DNA of 63,334 bases, the filler included. It is 8 parts of 8 records of this genome, joined end to end, with 100 filler letters (N's around TTAATTAATTAA, not from the genome) between each part and the next. Parts side by side here need not be neighbours in the genome. Positions count along the whole stretch, not along the records: positions 1 to 11,851 come from DRR723986_29604; 7 more parts are not named here. One strand, 5' to 3'. The notes below the pieces were generated by a model. The model saw only the letters and a program-made list of their open reading frames with translations. It did no database searches and was not told the origin of the DNA. Below, one piece after another: positions 1 to 10,289 of this stretch. The position numbers and the translations under genes are program-made. The number at the start of each line of letters is the position of its first letter. Within the stretch, counting starts at the first letter, position 1.

Positions 1-27
1 CAGCTGTGAGCCTGTGGCTCACAGCTG
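1..27. repeat. Perfect 12-bp inverted repeat (REP-like hairpin) at contig start
   Basis: CAGCTGTGAGCC-TGT-GGCTCACAGCTG; related to the palindrome at 32228-32252. Confidence 0.6.
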
Positions 28-296
28 GTGGGGATTCAGACTCAAAACCTTTCAGATTTCAACCCAAAAACTAGCAAAAATCAAACAAGCCAGCCAGCAA
101 AATGCAATGACGCGGCACAGCGCTCTTCACCTCAAACCCTACCCAAATATTAAACAACTTAAACGCCTCAACCCATCCAATATTCCGCCGTCGTAACCAA
201 AAACCGCGCAGCCCACTCTAAAGATGAACGAAGCGGCCCTCAACAGCCGCAGCCAAAAATAGATTAAGGTGCGGAAAAATAAACCGGGAGATTATC

Positions 297-1646
297 ATGC
301 GCTTAAACACAATCGTACTATTCGCCTTGGCCACATTCCTGACGACACTCCTGGCAATCCCAAACGAATCACAGGCTTTTTGCGGATTCTACGTCGCCAA
401 AGCCGATGCCTCGCTGTTTAATGATGCTTCGCGTGTCGTAATGGTACGACTGGGCGACCGTACCGTGATTACCATGGAAAATGACTACATCGGCGAACTG
501 CGCGAATTTGCAATGGTAATTCCTGTGCCGACAGTCCTGCAAGAAGACAAGATCCGCGTGCGTGAGGTCGAACTGATAGAACGTGTCGATAATTATTCAG
601 CGCCGCGCCTGGTGGAATACTTTGACGAAGATCCCTGTACCATGAGATATTCCCAGGCAGTTATGGTTGTGGCTGACAGGAATGTCATGGTCAGAAATGA
701 CCAGGTCGGTACGTCACGCTCTGCAACAGAATATGGCGTAACAATTGATGCCGAATACAAAGTTGAAGAATACGACATCCTGATTCTTTCCGCGCGCGAA
801 AGTGATGGGCTTGTGCGCTGGCTGAATGACAACGACTACAAAATTCCGGAGGGGGCGCACGACGTTCTCGGCAGTTATATTAAACAGGATATGCGCTTTT
901 TTGTTGCAAAAGTTGATCTGGATCGTGCCGGCCAAAATGTTAAAGATGCTGAGAAACAGACTTTAAGACCACTGCAGATAGAGTTTACAAGTGAAAAGTT
1001 TATGCTGCCGATTCGCCTGGGAACCGTTAATGCACGTGGCGACCAGGATCTGCTCGTGTATTGTTTAACCGAACATGGCCGCGTAGAAACGGCCAATTAC
1101 CGCACGGTTAAACTGCCGACAGATAAAGAGATTCCAGTATATATCAAAAACGAATTCGCGGCATTCTACCGCGATCTGTTTAGCCATCAACACAAAATTC
1201 AGGGTGGCGCCGTAGTCTTTAACGAATATACCTGGAATAGCGCCTGGTGTGATCCCTGCGCCGATAATCCGCTGACATCCGCGGAGCTGAGCTTGCTGGG
1301 GTATCCACAAACTAAAGCTGGCCCAATGTTAACGCGCCTGCATCTGCGCTATAATTCGAGCACCTTTCCCGAAGATTTGATGTTCACCGAGACCCGTGAT
1401 AAAAAGAACTATCAGGGACGCTACATTTTACAACATCCCTGGAAGGGCAGTCCTGACGAGTGCACACATGCCGTGCAATATTTTGAGGAATTAGAGACAC
1501 GCCAGGAGATACGCGTCCACAATCTGGCTGATTTGACCGGACGCCCAATCTGGGAAATTCGGCAGAAAGCCGGACTCGGTGAGGCCAAACCACAGCAAAA
1601 ACAGTGGTATCACGAAGTATTGCAAGTGTTTGGAATGGGGGACTGA
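297..1646 (+). CDS. DUF2330 domain-containing secreted protein
   Basis: Signal peptide followed by FCGFYVAKADASLFN, and LPIRLG and CDPC motifs typical of DUF2330; GGGAG RBS. Confidence 0.85.
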   Translation: MRLNTIVLFALATFLTTLLAIPNESQAFCGFYVAKADASLFNDASRVVMVRLGDRTVITMENDYIGELREFAMVIPVPTVLQEDKIRVREVELIERVDNYSAPRLVEYFDEDPCTMRYSQAVMVVADRNVMVRNDQVGTSRSATEYGVTIDAEYKVEEYDILILSARESDGLVRWLNDNDYKIPEGAHDVLGSYIKQDMRFFVAKVDLDRAGQNVKDAEKQTLRPLQIEFTSEKFMLPIRLGTVNARGDQDLLVYCLTEHGRVETANYRTVKLPTDKEIPVYIKNEFAAFYRDLFSHQHKIQGGAVVFNEYTWNSAWCDPCADNPLTSAELSLLGYPQTKAGPMLTRLHLRYNSSTFPEDLMFTETRDKKNYQGRYILQHPWKGSPDECTHAVQYFEELETRQEIRVHNLADLTGRPIWEIRQKAGLGEAKPQQKQWYHEVLQVFGMGD

Positions 1647-1915
1647 GCGGGCTACATCGGCCTAACACTGGCATATCATTGAAGCGACTGGTTTCTCAAA
1701 ATAGCCTGTGGCTTCCTTAGGGCACAAATCTGTGCCTTGAATATGCAGGCAATAAAATGCAATTTTGAATTCCTCGATCGTGTTTCGAGCAATTATTTTA
1801 TCTTTGTAAATGACTCGCCTACTTTAGGATTGAGTCCTTCAAAGCAAAATTTCTTCGCCGAGAGCGGAGATCGGTCTGCGCAAATCAGTCATTCCCCCCT
1901 TAGGAGAGATTCAGA

Positions 1916-3166
1916 ATGCACCGTAATCTAATGTGCCTGGCACTTGTGGCTAGCCTGTGCCTTGGTTTTGTAGCTTGTGATGATGAAGAGACAATCGTCG
2001 ATCCCGGCTCAGCGCCGCAAGTACCAAGTAACCTGCGTACGCTCAGTATTGGGATGACGTCCGTTGAAATCGCCTGGGATGTCACCGGCGAATTTGCGAG
2101 TTTCGTGATCTGGCGTGGTCCGGATGCACAGAATCTGACTGAGGTCGCTACAAGTACTGAAGCATCTTTTACAGATGAAAACCTGACTCCAAACACGTCA
2201 TACTTCTATCAAGTGCAAACTCGTGCCGACGACGGCGAAACCTCGCAAGCTTCGAGCACACTTGAGCTCAAGACTCAAGAAGAAGACGTTGTTGCAACAG
2301 TTCCGGACGCTCCCGGTCAACCCAAAATGACGGCCAGTGGCGAAACGACAATTACAATTGAGTGGGCCGCTGTGGAAAACGCCGGTTCCTACCGCGTCTA
2401 CCGCTCTGAAAATGCTCAAGGTCCATTTACTGCAGTTTCCGAGCTCAACGCCGGCATGCAGCTGATGACCTTTGAAGACAGCAAACTTCTCTCAGGCCGT
2501 ACATACACTTACTACGTGACTGCGGACAACATGCAAGGTGAGTCGGACCCATCGCCAAGTGTCAGCCTGCAGACGCAGGAAGCAGCCATGAATACGACCT
2601 ATCGTTTGCGCATCAACGCCACCTGGAGTGAGGAAACTCATCCGGGCACATTTGCGCATGTAGAGGACGCACACTTCTCCGATCTGGGTGGTTTAACACA
2701 TAAGCTCGACTATAAAGTCTGGGAACTTGGCCAGGTAGCCGGTCCGGGCATGGCACAGATGGCCGTGTTTGGAGAGGTCACGATTCTCGGCGAGGAAACC
2801 GCCGAAGCGATTTCACGTGGCGATGCGTTCAATTTCCTCGAAGACGATCGTCAGATCCGTCCTCCGGGAACACTCGACGTCGAATTCACAGTCAACCGCG
2901 ACTTTCCGGCAGCAACTTTTGTATCGATGATCGGCCCCAGCGCGGACTGGTTCATCGGATGTTCGGGTCAGCCACTCCTGGAGGACGGCACCTGGATCGA
3001 CGAAGTCACGATTGAGCTCATCAGCTACGACGGCGGAGTTCGTTCGGCCAACAAACTTGAGATGCTTGGGCCTGAGACAATGCCACCGGATCCAATTCAG
3101 CTCAAGCAGGGTTTTCCGCTTGGCGGCGATGTTGTTGGAACATTCACCTTCACACGCCTCAACTAA
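1916..3166 (+). CDS. Lipoprotein with two fibronectin type III repeats and a C-terminal Spondin_N domain
   Basis: Lipobox FVAC; FN3 signatures (LTPNTSYFYQV, GRTYTYYVTA); spondin motifs ATWS..THP, HFS, SMIGPSADWF, YDGG; AGGAG RBS. Confidence 0.8.
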   Translation: MHRNLMCLALVASLCLGFVACDDEETIVDPGSAPQVPSNLRTLSIGMTSVEIAWDVTGEFASFVIWRGPDAQNLTEVATSTEASFTDENLTPNTSYFYQVQTRADDGETSQASSTLELKTQEEDVVATVPDAPGQPKMTASGETTITIEWAAVENAGSYRVYRSENAQGPFTAVSELNAGMQLMTFEDSKLLSGRTYTYYVTADNMQGESDPSPSVSLQTQEAAMNTTYRLRINATWSEETHPGTFAHVEDAHFSDLGGLTHKLDYKVWELGQVAGPGMAQMAVFGEVTILGEETAEAISRGDAFNFLEDDRQIRPPGTLDVEFTVNRDFPAATFVSMIGPSADWFIGCSGQPLLEDGTWIDEVTIELISYDGGVRSANKLEMLGPETMPPDPIQLKQGFPLGGDVVGTFTFTRLN

Positions 3167-3209
3167 GCCAAATTTAATAAGCCAGAGTTAAACACCTCAA
3201 ATTTACTGG

Positions 3210-3250
3210 ACGTGACGTTGCCTGCCTGGCGGCGTCACGTTTTCTGTTTT
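3210..3250 (+). terminator. Rho-independent terminator
   Basis: ACGTGACG...CGTCACGT stem followed by TTTCTGTTTT after the lipoprotein gene. Confidence 0.75.
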
Positions 3251-3540
3251 ATAGGATTGTGGATTGGGCATTCTGTGGGTGCGGGGGATCACTCTTGATT
3301 CAGCGGGTTCAACGCATTTTGCTTGTTTGTATGGATTTAGGATTGAGGATTAGATGTTTGCGGCTTGCGTTGCAGCGCCACTTCACTCTGTTCGCGGCTT
3401 GCTTTTTGAGGATTTTGTTTGTTGTTGTGTGGCGGGTGAGGAGGGGGAGAGAAGGTCGTTAGTTGATGATTTGGGGGAATTGAGTCTATTTCGGCTAATA
3501 ATAGCCAGAGAAATCAGGTAAGTGAGTGATAAAGAGCTAA

Positions 3541-3563
3541 AAATACGTAGTGTCTACGTATTT
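3541..3563. promoter_or_regulatory. Palindromic operator-like site
   Basis: AAATACGTAG-TGT-CTACGTATTT perfect 10-bp inverted repeat upstream of the orphan cluster. Confidence 0.5.
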
Positions 3564-3642
3564 ACTTTACTTGCCTGAAGAATGAAAGTCTGTTAATTTG
3601 TCTGCAGAGCACTACTCACAGTACAACAGGCGGCAAATACAG

Positions 3643-4002
3643 ATGAATACTGTTTATGAGATCGTGATTAACAATCTAGATCAGTTGATCAGTTTACTGG
3701 CATGGCTGTTCATAATCTACCTGGTGTATCGTTTGATTGGGAGTTATTTGCATAATAGTGTGCGTCTGAAAAACTCCGAGCGTCAACAGCAGGTAGAGTA
3801 TAAACTGCGAATGCGTCAACTAGAAATCGAGAACAAACGCACGGATCTGGAAATTTTCAAAACCAGACTTGAATTCGTTGAAAAGCGCCAAAAGTACTTT
3901 CACGATCAAGAAAGTGTTGAATCTTTTTTGAATAGCCCTCCACTTCGATCAAACAACATCAAGTCGAATTTAAATTCGATTCCAGAAATTCGAAACCAGT
4001 AG
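3643..4002 (+). CDS. Hypothetical membrane protein (one TM helix plus coiled coil)
   Basis: ORF 3598-4002; ATG at 3643 (MNTVY) is the more plausible start; hydrophobic helix then a charged helical region. Confidence 0.6.
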   Translation: MNTVYEIVINNLDQLISLLAWLFIIYLVYRLIGSYLHNSVRLKNSERQQQVEYKLRMRQLEIENKRTDLEIFKTRLEFVEKRQKYFHDQESVESFLNSPPLRSNNIKSNLNSIPEIRNQ

Positions 4003-4113
4003 CACTCCTTCACTCCCGGCCGATTCGGAGCTAAAGGTTCAAGGCCTTTGCCCGGACATTTCCGGGCACGTTGCATATATCATTGAAACCCTATCAATCA
4101 TTGAGGCAGGTAC

Positions 4114-5160
4114 GTGAAAAATATTCAAGATTCAGAGAATGACAGTATCATTTCTGCAGGTGCTGGGGCAAAACTCACTCAATTCGGATTCATTGCTCTG
4201 TACGGCCTATTGGGTTTAGTTGGCTTAAATTTTGTCGGGCAGTGGGCGGGAAATGGATCGGGGCTTCACATTTTAAAAAATGGATTTCAGAATACGCAAC
4301 CAATGAGTCAACCTCCTGCGGCAGTGCCCAGTGAAACGGTAGGGAAAGATATTCCACCAGCAAGTGCGATTGGAACCATTCGTGGAAATCAAAAGCAGTC
4401 GGAAGGGGATAGCCAAGTTAATGGCGGCAATCATAAACGACCGGCTGCACAGGAGCATGGTTCGAGCTTTTCTGCAATGCCATTCGCAATTAGGATATCA
4501 GACCCACCGATGATGAGCAGCAAAAACTTGGATTCCAACCATTCTCACTTAACTTCCTCGATTCACTTTGAAATGTTGGATAAACTGGCTTCTTTGTCCA
4601 TTGCTGCGCACGTCCCACAGAATGTGACAACTGTACGGAAAATAAAGGACTTGGAAAGTTTACGACTAAAGTGTCAGGCTTGCCAAAACCGATATTCTAC
4701 ATCAGATGAATTAACAGACGAGTTTAAGAGTGACTTAACGAAACATTGCAGCTTGGTGCTGGGGGCCAAACAATATTCGAAGCTGCGAGAAAGTGTTCTG
4801 GAAACAATTGCAAACACAAGTGGCCTCGCGGATCTTGAGAAAGAGATTACCGCATTACAAAGGTTTTTATACGAAGATATCGTCATTCCTAAGCCAGTGA
4901 ATACGAGTGAAAAGTATGCTGCGGCACAAGCCCAGGGGTTCAACCAGGGGGTGCGTACCTATGAGCGGCACTCATTGAATGTTAAGAAACAAATCAGGAA
5001 TGCATTAGACGAAGCGTCAGCTGAAGCAGCGATAATTGCCGCACAACAATCGAAAGACGCAGTAAAATCGAAAGAGGTATCAAAAAAAGCACAAACATCG
5101 AATAACGCGGTGAATGCCAAAACCGAAGCGCAACCCGAAGTAGATTCAAAACAGAATTAG
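4114..5160 (+). CDS. Hypothetical membrane-anchored protein
   Basis: 348-aa ORF; N-terminal TM segment, low-complexity linker, helical C-terminus; GAGG upstream. Confidence 0.6.
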   Translation: MKNIQDSENDSIISAGAGAKLTQFGFIALYGLLGLVGLNFVGQWAGNGSGLHILKNGFQNTQPMSQPPAAVPSETVGKDIPPASAIGTIRGNQKQSEGDSQVNGGNHKRPAAQEHGSSFSAMPFAIRISDPPMMSSKNLDSNHSHLTSSIHFEMLDKLASLSIAAHVPQNVTTVRKIKDLESLRLKCQACQNRYSTSDELTDEFKSDLTKHCSLVLGAKQYSKLRESVLETIANTSGLADLEKEITALQRFLYEDIVIPKPVNTSEKYAAAQAQGFNQGVRTYERHSLNVKKQIRNALDEASAEAAIIAAQQSKDAVKSKEVSKKAQTSNNAVNAKTEAQPEVDSKQN

Positions 5161-5232
5161 CTCCAGTTTACAAATGCACAGTGGACCGATTTCGATCCGA
5201 TTGTCAGTACTGAAAGCCCAGGTTAAGTCCAT

Positions 5233-5685
5233 ATGAATATCTACTATGATACAATGCTGCGATTCCAACTTGTATTTCAGTTTTCAACTGGAGACAAGGA
5301 TTTGCTGCAGGAGCTTTGGACCTTCATAGAGGAAGACAAGGAGTTCAGAGCGCAGCGCTTGCGTATTCAATCGGATGAATCCGAATCGTTTTCTCTCAAC
5401 CGATTTTTGGGGCTAGGACAAGCACTATTCCAGGTGCATGCAATATTTGACACTAAAAGGCACTACATGCCGGAGGATGTTGTCATATCAGTTCTAGAGC
5501 AAATAGATGATTGGTTAGGAGATCATCACGGCAGGTTTGTAGGCGGATCAATCCAGGGAATCGCAACCTTTCCTTCTCAATTTGGCAGGAGTTTTATGGC
5601 AATAAATTCAATCTACTTCAACTTCGTACCACAACAGTGCATTGAAGTTAGACGTTTGAACTTCACTCCCCGCGTGAGCGACTGA
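5233..5685 (+). CDS. Hypothetical protein
   Basis: 150-aa ORF ending 7 nt before the next gene. Confidence 0.55.
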   Translation: MNIYYDTMLRFQLVFQFSTGDKDLLQELWTFIEEDKEFRAQRLRIQSDESESFSLNRFLGLGQALFQVHAIFDTKRHYMPEDVVISVLEQIDDWLGDHHGRFVGGSIQGIATFPSQFGRSFMAINSIYFNFVPQQCIEVRRLNFTPRVSD

Positions 5686-5692
5686 GAGAAGT

Positions 5693-7060
5693 ATGTTAAA
5701 GCTTCGATCTCGTCGGTTCAGGTCCAACTTCAAGCGAGAGTTAGCTGAGCACGAAGGTACAATCGCTGTTGTCGCTTTGATAGTGACGCTTGGCCTGTTC
5801 TTTTTGCAAGACTGCAGTAGTGCGCATGTTCTTCATGAACAGGTGAAAGCGGTTGAAGAAAATGCCAGGTCTCTTAAAGGCGATATTGAAACTCTAAACA
5901 GTAATACGCAGATTTTGCATGGAAGCATTCAGAGTCTTGATACGGCATTGGAAGGGATTAGTGGAGCGGCCGGAAAACACATCCAAAATTTTCGAGAAAT
6001 CACTGGAGATTTTTCTGGGAATATTGAGTCTTCACTTGATGGCCAGGATGATTTGATCCGACAGATTGATAGCCTAAATGCAAATGTCTCCAGTCTTATT
6101 ACCGAAATGAAAAAACAAAATAGGATGCTTCAGGAAATAGAAGAAGCCGGTAGTGAAATGCGCATGGCAGCGCGGGACATCCGTACATCCGCCAAAAAAG
6201 TTGAAGTTCATTCGGACCGCGTTGTTGAGAACACCACGCCAGAATATGTGCGCTTATATTTTGTAAACACCTACTTCGATAAGCCAATAAATTCGACAGT
6301 CTATGATACGGCAGCATTGAGGGCCGATGACCTCCACAGGCACTTGACATCAAAAGTGGTCAACAGACAGCACTTCCTGACGGATTTTGGGTCATCTCAA
6401 ATTGATACAAATGAGTTTATCAGAACTTTAAGTACCTGGAAGGATTTGGGAGCGCCCGGTCAAAGAGCTAAAACTGATGATTCTAGCAAAGCGCAAGACA
6501 CTTCACCCAAAGATTCAGTGTTAAGAGTTAAAATCGACACAAGGGGAGTGGACATGACTGATCTAATTCTAAATATTCGCTTTCCCAGTTTTCTGCGTGG
6601 CAGTGTACGAGTCATCTACAATAATCCAAACAGGCCAGGTACGATCGGGGTATTCGAAGAAGCTACAAGTACTATCGACGATGATGTCTTTTACATTTCG
6701 GTACCACTTAACACAAATACAGAGTTAAATTTGGAAGTCTTGCCCTCGACAATTCAGTGGGACTCTAACGTTAATATTAACGATCTCAAGGTCTTTCATA
6801 AGTCGGCAGAAATTCGTATTGACAATGTTAAATTTGACTATTTCGTACTTCCATACTACTGCATGCCAGATAACAGTGTTGTAAATCCTCATGACGTGAT
6901 TGAACGCGATGCACTTGTAATAATACCAAACACTAATCAAGCCCTGGATAGTATTTACAAGCATCACTCAGGATCTATAAGCGATTCTACGAAGTCTACT
7001 GACCTTCATGATATAATTCTAACGGAATTTTTTCACATGATACCACGCGAAATTAAATGA
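5693..7060 (+). CDS. Hypothetical membrane-anchored coiled-coil protein
   Basis: 455 aa; TM helix, long heptad-repeat region, beta-rich C-terminal part; ATGA overlap with next ORF. Confidence 0.65.
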   Translation: MLKLRSRRFRSNFKRELAEHEGTIAVVALIVTLGLFFLQDCSSAHVLHEQVKAVEENARSLKGDIETLNSNTQILHGSIQSLDTALEGISGAAGKHIQNFREITGDFSGNIESSLDGQDDLIRQIDSLNANVSSLITEMKKQNRMLQEIEEAGSEMRMAARDIRTSAKKVEVHSDRVVENTTPEYVRLYFVNTYFDKPINSTVYDTAALRADDLHRHLTSKVVNRQHFLTDFGSSQIDTNEFIRTLSTWKDLGAPGQRAKTDDSSKAQDTSPKDSVLRVKIDTRGVDMTDLILNIRFPSFLRGSVRVIYNNPNRPGTIGVFEEATSTIDDDVFYISVPLNTNTELNLEVLPSTIQWDSNVNINDLKVFHKSAEIRIDNVKFDYFVLPYYCMPDNSVVNPHDVIERDALVIIPNTNQALDSIYKHHSGSISDSTKSTDLHDIILTEFFHMIPREIK

Positions 7061-7773
7061 CAATACGGCGGCTGATTCGCGTTTGTTTAGTGATCTGTGT
7101 TCTGAATCTGTTTTTTCGGATCGATTGCGCAGCAGAAGAGCCAATTTCAAAAAGTTATGCAATGTTCCTTCAGATAGAGGGCGGGGTACCACGCTACCTT
7201 TCGTTTTACGAATCTGATGTTTTTGGACTTTATAAATTTGCTGCTGCATGCGGAATGATGAAGCTTCAGTGGCGTCTTGGAGTGATTGGAGAAACTTCAA
7301 TATATTCGGTTTCGATTTCCAATCTAGATGAACTGAAAAATGACAATATATATCAACATCAGCTACCTTCTGCAATTGAACGAGATATTCGTATTTCAGC
7401 AAACAAGGTGGGAGTATTCCTGGATTTTGCTCCACTATTTTTGAGTCAGAGGATTGGGGCACTGAATCACGAAAACTGTGTGCATATTGTTGGCGAAATT
7501 GGATTTTTATTTCATGATGTTCGTAGTGCATCCAGTGGTTCAAAGGTTGGTGGTCAAGAGATTAGTGAATATCCATTGTGGTATCTGGATCTTGGTATTC
7601 GGTTCACACAGAGAATCAACCGCCATATTTCGGTATTTTCTCTGCTGGAATTGGGGTTTATTGACAATCGATTTGATGCATTTCCATCGAATGGGGCATT
7701 TGATCAAGTCGCTTCATTTTCTATCGGATTGGAAATTAACACTGCCCTCCCAAGACCGCATAGATTTAACTGA
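7057..7773 (+). CDS. Hypothetical secreted protein, possibly an outer-membrane beta-barrel
   Basis: Signal-peptide-like N-terminus; alternating aromatic/Gly strands (YLDLGIRF, FSLLELGF, FSIGLEI). Confidence 0.5.
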   Translation: MTIRRLIRVCLVICVLNLFFRIDCAAEEPISKSYAMFLQIEGGVPRYLSFYESDVFGLYKFAAACGMMKLQWRLGVIGETSIYSVSISNLDELKNDNIYQHQLPSAIERDIRISANKVGVFLDFAPLFLSQRIGALNHENCVHIVGEIGFLFHDVRSASSGSKVGGQEISEYPLWYLDLGIRFTQRINRHISVFSLLELGFIDNRFDAFPSNGAFDQVASFSIGLEINTALPRPHRFN

Positions 7774-8386
7774 TGGGAACGGCGCATTTAATTGTTATTG
7801 AGTGCAACATCCTGCTTGATCTGTTGCGCGCATTTACTGGCGGCTGTAGAAACAGAGACAAACAAAAAGAAAAAGCAAGCCACTAAACCGCAGGTGCGGG
7901 GGCGAAGCATTCTGGTAAGGAATAGATTGGAATATTTGAGTGTAAGAACAGGCAGTTTGGGATACACTCAACCTTACATAATACGGCACTGAATCTTTTG
8001 AGAAATCATCTGTGGTAGGTAAGTAATAAGGGCTCAAGTCTTACATAGAGTCTGGAAGACAATAATGATTGTAAATAGTGGTACTCTATACAAATAGCAC
8101 AGATACACTCCAATAACCACTGTGCACGAACAAAAATTGTAAACTTTAAACATACTTATTGAATGTGTTAAGCAGTCAAAACCATCCAAACACACCGTTT
8201 TTAACCTGTTTCCGGCGTGTTAACCTTGATGTCATGAATAAAGATTCGTACTAAACACCCCGTTGTGTATATTGAGGCACGTGTAATAGAGCCACAATGC
8301 ACAGAAAAGAAACCAGGCTAAGGCACAAAACAAATCAGCCGTCCGCACGGCCAACGATTTTGCAATTATACTCCCGGGGGAATGTT

Positions 8387-9274
8387 ATGTCTGAAGATCA
8401 AACGATGGAAGAGAAGTATTTACAGCAATACATTCTGAACGACGCCCTTTGTCCCGCGCAGGTTTCCGGTCCTCGTATTTTGGTAGGATATTGGGCAATC
8501 GAGGATGTGCCTTACGGTGTTAAACCCGAAACGCCGGACGAACCAATGTTTACCATTATGTACCCGGTTGGTCGCGGTACTGAGCCCTATAACTGGCGTC
8601 ATATCGATCCCAACGATAAAGATCATCTTGAACATCCCAATTCAGCGAATAATATAGAATGGGTGGACGGGCACTTGCGTTACGACCAATCGACCGAATA
8701 TGCTTGCCGGACTAATTTGGGCAATCTACGTAGCCCGAACACCAAGACCAGTCATTGGGAGCTTTTTCGTGACATGCCGGATTACTTGTTCGGCCGGATT
8801 TTCACAACTTGGGAGCTAAGCGACGTCGTTGTTCGCGAAAAAAGCAAGATTTGCTTTCGTGCGCCGGATGGCCATTACATTCACGCCAGTGAAAAATCAC
8901 AACACGGGCTGCATTGTGCCAGACGCATCTTGGATCACAGCTGTTATTTCCGAGCAAGATTCCCAAATTATGTATGGAACGAGGAGGGCGGCTCCGGTGA
9001 TGAAGGTGCATTTTATCTCGAAGCGCCAAACAAAAACTTTGTGCGCGCCGTGAGCGCTCCAAAAGATGGGATGCGATTGCAGGCCGATGCAAAACTGATG
9101 GCAGATGCAACCCTTTTCAGTGCGCAAAAGGCGGTTGGCGGCATGATGAGCCTGTCTGCCGAAAATGAAGAAGGAAGCAGATTGACTTTAAAGCACGATC
9201 CACCCTACGGCGATTTGCGATTAGTTTCCGAGCCTGATCCAACCTGGGCATGGTTCGGCGTCAGCTACGCATGA
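8387..9274 (+). CDS. Hypothetical protein with C-terminal fascin/beta-trefoil-like repeats
   Basis: ORF 8297-9274, probable ATG at 8387 after GGGGG; repeats ICFRAPDGHYIHA, FYLEAPNKNFVRA, MSLSAENEEG. Confidence 0.6.
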   Translation: MSEDQTMEEKYLQQYILNDALCPAQVSGPRILVGYWAIEDVPYGVKPETPDEPMFTIMYPVGRGTEPYNWRHIDPNDKDHLEHPNSANNIEWVDGHLRYDQSTEYACRTNLGNLRSPNTKTSHWELFRDMPDYLFGRIFTTWELSDVVVREKSKICFRAPDGHYIHASEKSQHGLHCARRILDHSCYFRARFPNYVWNEEGGSGDEGAFYLEAPNKNFVRAVSAPKDGMRLQADAKLMADATLFSAQKAVGGMMSLSAENEEGSRLTLKHDPPYGDLRLVSEPDPTWAWFGVSYA

Positions 9275-9333
9275 GCTGATGAAGATACTGCAGCAATGAT
9301 TTGCAATTGCGCCGCAGCAAACGACAGCAGCAG

Positions 9334-9843
9334 TTACACTCGTTTCCACTTGCCGACATAGGCGTACTTGGGGGCGTGGTCACTTCCCGTACCTGGAAGT
9401 TCTAGACCAGTTCCGTTCTCATCATGTCCAAAATCCATGGTTGCAACAGAGTTGCCGACGCTCTCACCACCAATGCCTGCTTCAGGAAAGGTCATGGCCA
9501 TCAAATAGTTGTCATTGTGAAAACCGGTGACCTTGCCAACAAACGAACCTTGGTCAATTTCACTTCCATCGCTGGAGCCGTAGGCAATTGGATTTTCGTC
9601 TTCATCCATTGCCGGTTCGAGAAAACCTTCGATGGCAGGACTCAATCCTTCGGTTCCCTGGTCGGGAAACCAAAACTGGAGACTGCTGATGCCTTCGTCC
9701 AAATGGTCAATCAATTCATGTAATGAACTCCAGGCACCTGTACCAACAAAATTGGCCTTAAGACTCATGACGCCCAATACGCGATCGGTTTCGGTTTCAA
9801 CAAAATGATAAACAACAGGATCAGAATTCGAACTGTTCGCCAT
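9334..9843 (-). CDS. Hypothetical acidic protein
   Basis: 169-aa ORF with AAGGA RBS; no family recognised. Confidence 0.6.
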   Translation of the reverse strand: MANSSNSDPVVYHFVETETDRVLGVMSLKANFVGTGAWSSLHELIDHLDEGISSLQFWFPDQGTEGLSPAIEGFLEPAMDEDENPIAYGSSDGSEIDQGSFVGKVTGFHNDNYLMAMTFPEAGIGGESVGNSVATMDFGHDENGTGLELPGTGSDHAPKYAYVGKWKRV

Positions 9844-10289
9844 GATGTTTCCTTGTTATTAAGTGTTAGACATTGGCAGTGTATTCATCTATAGGAATAT
9901 ACTCAAGTTACTCCTTACATGCATTTTTACATAGTGATTCATCCAGAGTCTATTGAATGTTTCTGATGATCTGAAGATTACTTTACTCCGGATTTAGAGG
10001 TTGATCCTGGTAGCAGTTAGTCATTATGTTGAGCTTCTTCTGTTTCCGGAACCGGTTTTGACGGGGGGATTCAATAATCGAATATTGGCGGATTGAGCTG
10101 GACAAAGCTTTCGAATCGATGGGCTTAGGTAATAAGATAATATTGCGCAAGGCTGAGGATCTTTATGGTAAGCGCCGATCTGTTTGAAGTTCGGCAACAG
10201 TTTGTCTGTATGATTCTTATGATCAATCCGCCGAAATTTCTATAACTCCTGATTTATTAACCGGTTAAAATAACATAGCACACAATCTA

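Noticed and set aside
4013-4068. Three small adjacent hairpins between orphan genes
   Set aside because: No match to a riboswitch I recognise; only the last stem (8 bp) is strong.
3598-9843. Integron cassette array as an explanation for the orphan cluster
   Set aside because: No RYYYAAC...GTTRRRY attC structures found between the ORFs, and several ORFs overlap or nearly abut.
10087-10232. 10-bp inverted repeat GGCGGATTGA / TCAATCCGCC about 125 bp apart
   Set aside because: Too short to support an ncRNA or MITE without covariation or extra copies.
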